A stretch of 64,000 nt of DNA from Camelus ferus (Eukaryota). The notes beneath the pieces were generated by a model. That model was not told where the DNA came from. It was given only the letters and a program-made list of their open reading frames with translations, and did not search any database. The stretch is taken from positions 40,488,001 through 40,552,000 of the forward strand of contig NC_045696.1 in assembly GCF_009834535.1 (NCBI RefSeq), read 5' to 3'. Position numbers and translations under genes: made by a program. Shown piece after piece: positions 40,372 through 51,040 of the stretch; position 1 is the stretch's first letter, and each line of letters begins with the position of its first letter.

Positions 40372-41117
40372 GAGATTTATGTATTTGTTTCTTGTAAGTA
40401 GTACCAAATATCTTATCCCCAGGAGAGCTCAGCATAGTGTTTTCAATGTATTAGGTACACAATATATATGTGTTGCTGCTAATAATGATACCAATAAACA
40501 GAACAAAACATTTTCATAATTTCTTATGTTCTATCTGCCAATTCTGTAAGAAGTCTTTTAAGAATCAATGTTAAGCTAACTATATTTTTTTTTCTAGGAA
40601 CAAAACATTTTAATGATTGGCTTGCTTTTACCAACCTCCTAAGTAATGAGGATATTTACAATGTAAGATTAGACATTTTTAAGAAACACTTTTATCAGTA
40701 TAGTTGACTCAGTATTAGTAACCAAGACATTCTTAGTACCGCATGGCATTTTTTGGGTACACATTTAAGGGCATGGTCTTCTGACCACCAAAAGTATGGT
40801 GTCACTTGTGACAGTTTGTAGCACATCCAGCACCTAGGAAAGTGTGCGTTCTTGATAGATATTTGTTGAATAAACTTTCTACTCACACTCATCACTTATG
40901 TGACAAGATGCAATTTCTTCAGATGTGTTTCCATGAGAGGACATAAAAGGGTAATGAAAATTAAGTACCTTCAGGGTAATTCTATAACAGGGTGATAGAC
41001 TATCATTGCTAAGGAAATTATCCTGATGCATAAGGGTATCCAGCTTATTACCCCATACTAAGATGGTAAATGGTGAAAAGAATTGTAATTTATGCTGTGT
41101 CTAAAAACTGTGGTTTT

Positions 41118-41207
41118 TTTTTAAATTGGTGTACAGCCAATTACAATGTGTCAATCTCTGGTATATAGCACAGTGTCCCAGTCTTGCATATACATACATA
41201 TATTCGT
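41118..41207 (-). mobile_element. Extremely 5'-truncated young L1 3' tail with 16-bp target-site duplication
   Basis: Poly(T)-aaattggtgtacagccaattacaatgtgtcaatctctggtatatagcacagtgtcccagtcttgcatatacatacatatattc, flanked by taaaaactgtggtttt (41102-41117) and taaaaactgtagtttt (41208-41223). Confidence 0.88.
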
Positions 41208-41552
41208 TAAAAACTGTAGTTTTGATCCAGGGAAGAAACACTGGATTGTAGTCAGTTCTTACCAGTAGACACTGAACAGCCAGAAAGGGTGAACAAGTCA
41301 ACAGAATGCTTGTTAGGAAGGGAGTCATGCTAAAATAATATCATAATGTTATTTTTGATTAAGAATGTGGCATATCCACTTGTTATTTTCTACCATTCTA
41401 GTTACCTGTTCTGAAAAAAGGTTTTAACCAGAGTTGGAGTTTTCACATAAGTCAAACAAAATGGTAATGAGATGACTACCACGTGAAGATAGTCAAAATT
41501 TATTTTTAGGTTGTAAATTGAAAAGATTAAAGTGGAAAAGAATATGATTAAA

Positions 41553-41805
41553 CACTCATGTATGGTTGGTAAGAATGTAAAAATGCAGCCACTATGGAAA
41601 AATGTATGGAGATTCTCCAAAAAATTAAAAATAGAACTACCATACATTCTAGCAATCCCCTCCTGGTTACTTATCTGGGAAAAAAAATTAATTCAAAAAG
41701 ATATATGCACCCATATGTGTTCATTGTAGCATTATTTACAATAGCCAAGATATGGAAGCAACCTAAGTGCTCATCAATAGATGAATGGATAAAGAAGATG
41801 TGGTG

Positions 41806-41878
<73 letters not shown>

Positions 41879-42709
41879 ATGGAATATTACTCAGCCATAA
41901 AACAGAATGAAGTCTTGGCATTTGACAAAATGGATGGACCAAGAGGGTATTGTGCTAAGTGAAATAAGTCAGAGAAAGATAAATATTGTATGATTTCACT
42001 TATGTGTGGAATCTAAAAAACAAAACAAACAAATGAATGTAACTAAACAGAAACAGAGTCATAGATACAGAGAACAGAGGAGAGGGGCTTGGGGGGAGGA
42101 GAGAAATAGGTGAGCTAAGTGAGGGAGATTGAGGTACAGACTTTCAGATACAAAATAAATAAGTCTCCCGTATGAAATGTACAGTATGGGGAATGTAGTC
42201 AATAATTATATAATATCTTTGTGTGGTGACAGATGACAACTAGACTTACCATGGTTATCATGTAAAAATAAAGAGAAATATTGAAACATTGTGTTCTGCA
42301 CCAGGAACTAACGTAGTGTTGTAGGTCAGTTATACTTCAAAAACAAACTCATAGAAAAGGAGATCAGATTTGTGGTTACCAGAGGCAGCAGGTAAGAGGA
42401 GGGGGAATTGGATGAAGGTAGTCAAAAGGTAGAAATTTCCAGGTATAAATAAGTACTACAGATGTAATGTACAGGATTATAATTAGCACACCTGTACATT
42501 ATATGTGAAAGTTCTTAAGAGAGTAAATCCTCATCACAAGAAAATTTTTTTTTCTATTTAATATCATGTTTATATGAGGTAGTGGATGCTCACTAAACTT
42601 ACTGTGATAGTTATTTCATGATGTATTTAAGTCAAATCCTTATGCTGTACACCTAAATTTATGCAGTGCTGTATGTCAATTATATCTCAATAAAATTGGA
42701 AGAAAAAAA
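41553..42709 (+). mobile_element. L1 3' portion (end of ORF2 plus 3' UTR; L1MA9-related laurasiatherian type)
   Basis: ORFs give VGKNVKMQPLWKNVWRFSKKLKIELPY and FIVALFTIAKIWKQPKCSSIDEWIKKMW (L1 ORF2 C-terminus, frameshifted). Ends caataaaattggaagaaaaaaag. Confidence 0.92.
41808..41875. repeat. (AC)18(GT)16 spacerless inverted microsatellite
   Basis: Read directly; centre CACGTG at 41841-41846. Confidence 0.97.
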
Positions 42710-42829
42710 GGAAAGTGATTAAAATGTATAATATAAGCATTGTGGCTGGGCAAACATTTGTTTACTCAAACCTAGAACTGTTAGAATTGAAGTCTTGAAG
42801 GAGATGCCTTTATTAAAAGAGCAGTACAC

Positions 42830-43063
42830 TAGAGACAGTATGACCTCATGGTTAAGAATATAGACAAATGGTCAAACTCATGAGTTCAATTCACCTCCCT
42901 ACCCATTTCTAGCTCTGTGTCCTTAGGCAACTTATCTTCCCAGACTTCAGTTTCTTCATCTATAAAATGCTGCTAATAATAATAGTACCTATCTTGTATG
43001 GCTGTTATGAGAAATAAGGATTAAGTGAAAAGCACTTAAAACAGAAACTGGCATATAGTAAGC

Positions 43064-43065
<2 letters not shown>
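42830..43065 (+). mobile_element. MIR SINE, near full length
   Basis: tggttaagaat...ctagctctgtgtccttaggcaa...cagtttcttcatctataaaatg...ctggcatatagtaagcact. Confidence 0.88.

Positions 43066-43134
<69 letters not shown>
43066..43134 (+). repeat. (TG)34 microsatellite
   Basis: Read directly. Confidence 0.98.
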
Positions 43135-43138
<4 letters not shown>

Positions 43139-44229
43139 ACGCGCACGCGCGTACACATGTGCTTGCTTTAAAACATTTACCATGTTGATTGGGTGGGTTA
43201 AAAAAGAAGCAGGTTTAGTAGAATTACTTACAGATGAAATCCAAAATTGGCTATTAAAGTAATTCTTCTTTTAAAGGTGCATCTTCACAGGCCCCTACAA
43301 AGCTTCCTTGACAGCTGCCATCAGAGACGGGGACCCTGGGCTGATTGGATTAGTGACCTGACCCAAAAAAGTATTTGTTTCTGTTCTTACTAAGATGCTT
43401 CACACAGAAAACTATGCAGCTATTTTCCAGGCCGAAATAATGATGAAGTTCTTGTCCCTGCTGCTTCATTTGCTTGTACTAATTTGTCCTAAATGAAAAA
43501 CTCTTCATTTGTAATAGAAAAGTATGGCTTCAAGTAATAGAAAAAAAGCCCAAGCTAATTGAGATTATCAAGATCTTTGGCCAGGAAAAAGTAACTATTG
43601 AGATATGCATCTTGTTTTTCCAAGCAAATGCTCCTACTTCAGAATCTGAGTGGGCTTTAATCTGTTTACCTGGCTTGAGTTGCCCAGTTTTCAGACAAGC
43701 ACTCCACATCACTGGCAGCAGTGAGTGTGATGAATGTTTTTGTTATTATTGCTCTTAATGATAAGTCTGTGGTTTTTATTGTCACTATAAAGAAATATCT
43801 GTAAGAACTATAAACCAGATTGTTTCACCATTAGAATGTGCTTATTTTGTTATTTCCATCATTTGCTAGTATTTTTGTTCCTAATCTTGGAATAGATCTT
43901 TTAGTAGGAAGAGAAAAACATTGCTTTCCAATCAAATATTTATAATAATCACTGTAAGTGGTAGAATCTGCCTAGTAAAAATTTATTTAGTTTCTATCAA
44001 GGCAGTTGTTTTTGCACTGGTGTATTTCAATGACCAAATTAAAATAAGACTTTTAAAAAATAAATTTAACATGCTCCTTTAAAATAGGATATTCCATTAA
44101 AAGGTCAAAGAGCCTTCCAAACATTAATTTTTGTTAGTTTGACATCTTCCTATTCCAAACTTCGGAAGCCTAGAGGTTTCTGTACTTCTGCAGTTTTCCT
44201 TTTCTTTCTGGCTGCTCCTTGCTGCGTGG

Positions 44230-44960
44230 TCAACCTGAGATTCATGCTTATTTTAACTCCCCATCATTGTCTGTAGTAACTACCTCTTCCTTGCCTCCCA
44301 TGCTCACTTGTCTTCTCTGGGACTTGGTTCTATTCATCCTCTCTTGTTCCAGCATCTTTCAGTCTCACTTGGCCCTTTCCCCTCAATTTCACTGTTTCTA
44401 CAAGTGACCATTCTCTCTCTTCCCTTCCCATCCCTGAGGAACTTCCTGAGAGAAGATCACCACACTCAATGTGTCTACAGCCTCATCACACTCTTTGGTT
44501 CCATCAAATCTGCTTTCAGCACCTGCCATTCTGATGAAATTAATCTCTCAGAGGTCATCGGTGACTTCATCAGATCCAACAGGTTTCATCCTCTGCTATT
44601 TCTCTAGGCCAGTTAACACAGTTAACTACCTCCCCACTCCTTGAAATTCTACCTTTGGCTTCTGAGGCACTGGACTCTTTAAATTCTCTTTCTATATCAT
44701 AGACTGCTTCTTTTCTATGTTCCTTAATGGCTTATTCCCCTTCTCTTACCCTCTGAATGCAGGCACTTGCTAGAATGGTGTAGCCCTTCGCTTTCTGTAT
44801 TACTTCCTTCTAGGTACTCGAATCTATTCCTATTGTTTCAACTTTCCCCTCCATGCTAGAACTCCCAAATCTCTATCATTAGCCACTGCTTGCCTGAATT
44901 CTGTCTGTCCCCTGTATGCAGTTTCTCCTAGATGTCTCATCAGTTTCTCAGGTACGACAT
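44230..44960 (+). mobile_element. L2 LINE reverse-transcriptase region remnant
   Basis: caaatctgctttcagcacctgccattctgatgaaatt...ctccttgaaattctacctttggcttctgaggcac...actcccaaatctctatc. Confidence 0.75.
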
Positions 44961-45129
44961 TTCAGAGCAAACTCATGCACCTCTCCTAGCCTTCCAGTTG
45001 CTGGTGTTAGGACAAATCTTCTTGTCACCAAAGCTCATCACAGTTGCTCAGTCCAGTTGCTCTTGCATCCTTGGAATGTATAGCATACCTCATTTTACAA
45101 CTTATAAGCACTATTTTTCCATTTTTCTC

Positions 45130-45860
45130 TCTTATTGAGGTATGGTTTATATATATTAATGTGCACAAATATTAAATGTACAGATTGATGGGTTTTTACA
45201 TTTGTATATTCCTGTGTAAACACTATCCAGAATATGTCCAACTCCACAGCAGGCCTCCTTTGTGCCACACTCCAGTTGATATCCACTTCTTCCTGGGCAG
45301 TAACCACCATTTTGACCTCTATTGTCATAGTTTAATTTTGCTGTTTTAAACTTCATGCAAGTGGACTCCTATATTAATGGAAATTCAACTTAATGTAAAT
45401 GGAATTTATTTTGCCACTAGAAATGTAGGCAAGTTTCAGTTGCTCCACTTCTTCATCAATACTTGATGTTATCCTCTTAATTTTACCCTTTCTGGTAGAG
45501 TTGTAATGGTATCATTATAGCTTTAATTTGCACTTCCCTGATGATTAATAATGTTGAACTCTCTTTTTACATACTTATCCTCTTTCATGAAGTGCCTTAA
45601 GTCTCTTCCTTTTTTATATTGGGTTGCCAGTCTTTTTTTAAGTTGATTTGTAGGGGTCCTTTATATATTCTGGATGTTAGTCTTTTGTTGGTTATGCATA
45701 TGCAGGTATCTTCTCCAAGTCTGTGGCTTGTTTTTTCATCTAATTATTATTGTTTGATTAATAGAAGTTATTAATTTTAATAAAGTCTGATTATTAATCT
45801 TTTATGATTGGTGCTTTTATGTCCTTTTCAAGAAATCTACTCTTTTCAAGATCATGACAA
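45130..45860 (-). mobile_element. Old L1 (L1MD/L1ME-type) 3' UTR and ORF2-end fragments
   Basis: tattgaggtatggtttata...gtaaccaccattttgacctctatt...tttaatttgcacttccctgatgattaataatgttgaac. Confidence 0.8.
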
Positions 45861-46859
45861 TAAACTGAAGCACAGAAAGGTTAAGTGGTTTGCACTAAGA
45901 TTGCGGCAGACTTAGTTGTCTTTAAAACATCAATTGGCTTTTTCCTCTTGGGCATATAAGGCTGCCCAACCAGACATTTCTAGCTTTTCCTATATTGAGA
46001 AATGGCTATGTGAGTTTGGATCGGATCAGGGGAATGTGAATGAAAAAGATAGTCATCTCTAAGTTGAAAGCAAAATGCATTTCATGTATTTACCCTTCTT
46101 TCCAATGCTCTCCATCCCCCATGCATTGTATCAGACACATGGTAGGGTTTCAGCTTTGATCATGCAAATGAAGACAACAGTCTGAATGATCTCAAGAAGC
46201 AGAGCTCATTTAAGTAATATTTTGAGTTATTTACATAATAAAGGTAGCTCAAATGCTACCTTTTTCATGAAGCTTAATCCTGGCCTCCTAATTAATGCTC
46301 ACCTCTTTTTCCACCACCTGCCTGCTTTTCTGCTCCTGTTTGGCCTAGTGCCTTGCACATGGTAAGCACTCAGTAAGTAATTTGAAATAAATGAATAAAT
46401 AAACTGGACACTAAGTGATTTTTCAGGAACTAAAACTGTATATTTAATATTAAGAAATGTTCATTGGGTCACGTAATGAGTGTAGCCTAGCTGGAAATTT
46501 AAGCTCTCCCCATTGGTTCTATGCCTTCTCTTTGGTGAGGTTCTGACTCAGCAGTTCTGATTCAGCAGATTTGCTGTGCTATATCACTTTCAGCTTCCAT
46601 AACACAGCCCATGCAACTGGCTATCCTGATACTAACTGCTGACATAGTGTGACCATGACCTCATTTGACCTTTTAGCAAACGAGACCTTTCTGACTGCTA
46701 TGTAGTGAAAAGAAGTTCACATGGAAAAAGAGGTGCTATTTTCTATTCAAAGCCTATGATTTGACGTAGGCAACTATGTGACAACAGGCTTCACTTGGGT
46801 TCCTTGGCACCTTAAAAGAACATTTAAACCATATTTGAGATGCCACTGTGTTCCTATCT

Positions 46860-46980
46860 CTGGATGCCGCAATTGAAGGTTCTAATTCAGGGTATTTGGG
46901 GTTAGGCCCAGAAATCTGCACTTTTAAATAGGTTCCCTGGCAATTCTGATGATCATTTACTTAATTTTGGGAACCACTGA
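46860..46980. mobile_element. MER5-family fragment
   Basis: ttctaattcagggtatttggggttaggcccagaaatctgcacttttaaataggttccctggcaattctgatg...tttgggaaccactg. Confidence 0.75.
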
Positions 46981-46984
46981 CAGA

Positions 46985-47235
46985 GGAAGGTTAAGAGCTC
47001 AGATTCAGGAGTCAGACATGAGTTCTAATTCTTCTCTATAATTGTTAGCAGTGTAATTTTGGGAAAGTTACATAAGGTCCTTAAACTTCAGTTTAGTTTT
47101 CTGAATATTATCTGGATAATAACAGTATCTACTTTAAAAGATTGTTATGAGGATTGCATGAGGTAATCCATCACGTATGCTTAGCACAGTGGTTGACCTA
47201 AACATTCAGTAAAATATAACTATTGTTGTTACTAT
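46985..47235 (+). mobile_element. MIR SINE
   Basis: ggttaagagctcagattcaggagtcagac...gattgttatgaggatt...gcttagcacagtg. Confidence 0.8.
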
Positions 47236-47500
47236 TAATATTATCACTAATTATCAAGTTCCTTATAAGGGATCTTTGTTTTGTTTGGGGGTACAGTATA
47301 AAAAATAGAATCTACTGTCTTTTCAGAAAAAAAGACTCATGTTGTATGTGGGTGTGTATGGTCTTTTTCATAATGGGGTTCTTAGTTTCAGGGTTTCATT
47401 AAAGTTCTATGTGGGCTTACTCTGACTCTAGTTTCTCTTCATGAATAAGCTACCAGTTACCACTTTTTTTTTTTTTAATTACTGAGGGGCTGAAATTTTG

Positions 47501-47501
<1 letters not shown>

Positions 47502-47542
<41 letters not shown>
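47502..47542 (+). repeat. (TG)20 microsatellite
   Basis: Read directly. Confidence 0.98.
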
Positions 47543-47545
<3 letters not shown>

Positions 47546-47815
47546 AGTGTAAGTATGTGTAAGGAAGAATTACAAGGAAATGCTTACCTGGAACATTTAA
47601 GAACGGAATGTTCTATTGAAGCATTTCTTACACAAGTAGATAGTTAATGTGTAAAAATTTAGGTAAAAGCTGTAAATAAAAGAAATGCAGAAAGCCACCT
47701 ATTTTAAAACCTGGTCTCTCTATAAAATTCTCTATCTCGTTCAACATCAGAGAATAGAGCAGAGGTAATCTGAGCTAGGGTTTGGTGGTGCTGCCTACAA
47801 AATAAAGTGAGTTTT

Positions 47816-47816
<1 letters not shown>

Positions 47817-47846
<30 letters not shown>
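47817..47846 (+). repeat. (GT)15 microsatellite
   Basis: Read directly. Confidence 0.98.
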
Positions 47847-47847
<1 letters not shown>

Positions 47848-48165
47848 GATATATCCATGGAGGAGTGATGTGGAATCCTTGGAGTAGGACTAGGAGTAGA
47901 GAGAGTCACAGTATCAAAAAGTTTCAGAACCACTCCCTTGCACCCTAGTTATTTGTTATAAATTTACTCCCAAGGCTAACAGTAAATAATTAGAAGTTAA
48001 ATTCTGGAGCAAAAGCTCCCTTTCATGGCAAGAGCAAGATTTCTTTTAGGTAAAGCAGAAGCTCTCCAGAACAAGAGAATGGGTAGATTCACCTGAAGAG
48101 TCTTCTTTGCGTGTAGAAGTAATACTTCTACCTGGCTAAGAATAGGTTGTCAAAAGAGGAATATG

Positions 48166-48270
48166 CCATTGACCCATGAATGACACAGGGTTAGGAGTGC
48201 TGACCCTCCACACCATAAAAAATCGCCGTATAGATTTATAGTAGGCTCTCTCTACACATGGTTCATGTGT
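48166..48270. mobile_element. Tigger2/MER8-family terminal fragment
   Basis: ttgacccatgaatgacacagggttaggagtgctgaccctcc...aaaaatc resembles the Tigger2-family end. Confidence 0.6.
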
Positions 48271-50199
48271 TATTTGATGACTTTCATCTACATGGATTAA
48301 AAAGTCCATCACACCACAAATTTTAGTTAACTCATAATAACATTGTTGCTATCGGTTCTAGTTAATTTAGTTAACTTTGACTTCTGTTTTGCCGCATTTT
48401 GGTTCTATTTGCATTCAGCTACTTATTGAATTCTCAAATTGCCTGGAACGTAGGTAATGAGAGTCATGGTCTACAACTCTTTCACTTTGATGAACTCTTC
48501 ACAGAAATCATTTATCACTGTCAGCAAAAACTGTCGTCTTTTGACCAGAGATAAGAAATTTCAGTTCTTGGGGTAAGATGCGTATTTAGAGCTAAAATTT
48601 TAGTTAGAAATAAGGTTGACTGGTTAACAGTTAAGGGCTTCATTTTGGGGTCAGATTACCCTCATTGCTCTTTCAGATATTAGACATTTTTAGTTATCCA
48701 GAACCCATGGAATTCTTAGTATACTGAGTTGGTTTATATGTAATTTCTACTCTTTTACTCATATGAACTTAAATCTTGTCTAAAAACCTATATGGATTTC
48801 AGAGGCTTAGAGAGGATTAAAAAGGCTATAAAGTTTTAAATAACTTCATCCAGTGAGCATGTTTACCTAACTGTGTCATCAAACTTCTCAGTTTTCTGGT
48901 TAGAAAACCGGTTTGGGATAGGCTGACTCACACTGTCGACTGATAGAATGCAAACACATTCAGAATTCTCCTGGCGAGACTACTGCAACAAAAACAGAGT
49001 TCTGTGAGCTTTTAGAGGTGAAGTGTTTCATTTCTCTAATAAATCTTCCTATCACTAAGAGCTTTCAAAATAAACAAACACATGTCTTCACAGTTGTTAG
49101 GTGCTGGGTGAGGTGACCTAGGCATACTGCTATATTCACTACCTCCTTGCCACTCTTAAAGGAAATAATCTTTAAAGGTAATCTGGGAAATATTAGTAGT
49201 TAGCCCTTGGGTTGATAAAAGTGAAGGTCTGTAATTCAAAATATCCCCATATGTGAATAAACCTTTTACTTGGTTTATATTTTACTTTTGATCCATAGAT
49301 TTTAAATTATTTATGCAAGTGATTGTCCATATTTTTCTCAATTAGCCCTGTACAAAGAAGGTAGTAGGTAGAAAATATTTCTGTCCATTTTGCAGATGGA
49401 AACATCAGGCCAGAACTGAAGTGTTGTTGTTGTTGTTGTTTTAATCAAGTTTGCTCAACAAATTGGGAACCAAACTCAAAAGACTGCCAGAGACAGTGAT
49501 ATTTCCTCAGTAAGTTTAGCTGAGTAGCTCTTTTTAAGGATGAAGGAATGGAGGTTGGAATATTTTCTTGTTAGCTCAGGGTACAGTCAAAATAAATAGA
49601 TGCTCCTGTTCCTTTCTCTTTTCTTAGTTAGTTATATCTCAGTGCTATTTATCACATGTTGCTGTAATTAGCCAATTTTAGGCCAAGCAAAAGGGATTAG
49701 GTAGCATATTATACACCCGCTTGTCCCTTCCTGGGATTTAGGATGGAATAAGATTGATTTTCCCATTTACTTAAGCTAAATGAACATGTACTTCTCCAAT
49801 TCCACTTTACTGCAGAGGTTAAGTCTTTATCAGGAAGTTGTACAGCTATGGGTAACATTACTGAAGAGCCTTGCCCTCTTTGGTGTGTTACTTATAACAG
49901 TAGTTTTCTGGGTGGTGTTGTTAATATTATTATTGTTATGTTCTTTCCATATTTGACTCTGAACACATTTAACACAGTGCTTTGTGTATGCTATAGGTTC
50001 TCTGACAAATCACCCATGGCAAGTTGAGATTTTTCTGCATGACAGATTTCTCTTGGGTTCAGGATAAAGGGGAATCCTGGGGTAACAGCACACAGGATCT
50101 GTACGCCCTGGCCCTAACCTACTCATACTCAACAGAGATTTAATTCCACAGACTTGTCTTCTTTATTCTTTTATACCTGTGGGTATAGTTTTCTTCTTG

Positions 50200-50500
50200 G
50201 ATTACCCTTTCCTCTCTTCTCTGCCTAGTAAGAGTCTACTCAGCCTTCAAGATAATTGCTCCCTGCTGGGATGCCTTCCCATACCCTCCATGCAGAACTA
50301 ATCCATCCCTCATATGGGATCCCTGAGCGCTCTGTACGTGCCTTCATTGCAGCCCACAACTAATTACCTCATCCTACTTATGTTTTCTACTAGGACCTGA
50401 AAGACAGGATCCACATCTTATTCTTTGTTTTGTTCCTAGTTCCTAGTTCCATCCATAGTGTTAGGTTAAATGAATGTCACATGAGTGAGTGAATAGATGA
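50200..50500 (+). mobile_element. L2 3' end fragment
   Basis: ctactcagccttcaag...gacaggatccacatcttattc...taaatgaatg. Confidence 0.55.
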
Positions 50501-50781
50501 TAGATATCCTAATTTTCTCTTTTTCTTCCCCCCATATAGAACAAAAATGCTTCTCTTTTTTTTCCTCTCAGCAAATAATTATTTGCCTTGGGTCATTTCC
50601 CTTTGGGATATCCCAATTAGTCTATTTCCAGGTCTCTATCCTTTGGTTCCTGAGTATGATCTGGCATTAAAAGCCCTTCTTTGTACAGTTTTAAGAAAGC
50701 AGCTAACCCATATCTCATGAGAAATATCCATTATCATTAATAGTTTTGTATCTATCATGTTGATCACTGAGATCAATCAAG

Positions 50782-51040
50782 TTATATCCATACGGACCTT
50801 TCAGTTTTGTTGAGCCATGAAAAGGAATGAAGTGCTGATACACGCTACAACATAGATGAACCTTGAAAGCATTATGCTCAATGAAAGAAGCCAGATACAG
50901 AAGGCTATATATTGTATGATTTCATTTATATAAAGTGTCTAGAATAGGCAAATCCATAGAGACAGAAAGCAGATTAATAGAGTTTTTTTTTGAGGGGAGG
51001 GGAAATGGAGAGTGACTGCTAATGGACACAGGGTTTCTTT
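50782..51040 (+). mobile_element. L1MB-type 3' UTR fragment
   Basis: aaaaggaatgaagtgctgatacacgctacaacatagatgaaccttgaaagcattatgct...ctagaataggcaaatccatagagacagaaagcagatta. Confidence 0.88.

Noticed and set aside
41532..41806. ORFs with L1 ORF2 similarity as a possible active or domesticated gene
   Set aside because: Short, frameshifted C-terminal fragments of a truncated L1.
42989..43262. HT- and CV-repeat ORFs (also at 6441 and 40274)
   Set aside because: Translations of (TG)n microsatellites.
428..50450. Many 10-15 bp micro-duplications (for example 430, 1012, 6162, 22081, 34997, 50433)
   Set aside because: Ordinary slippage products with no shared unit or regular spacing, so not an array. 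Only those creating recognised motifs were kept.
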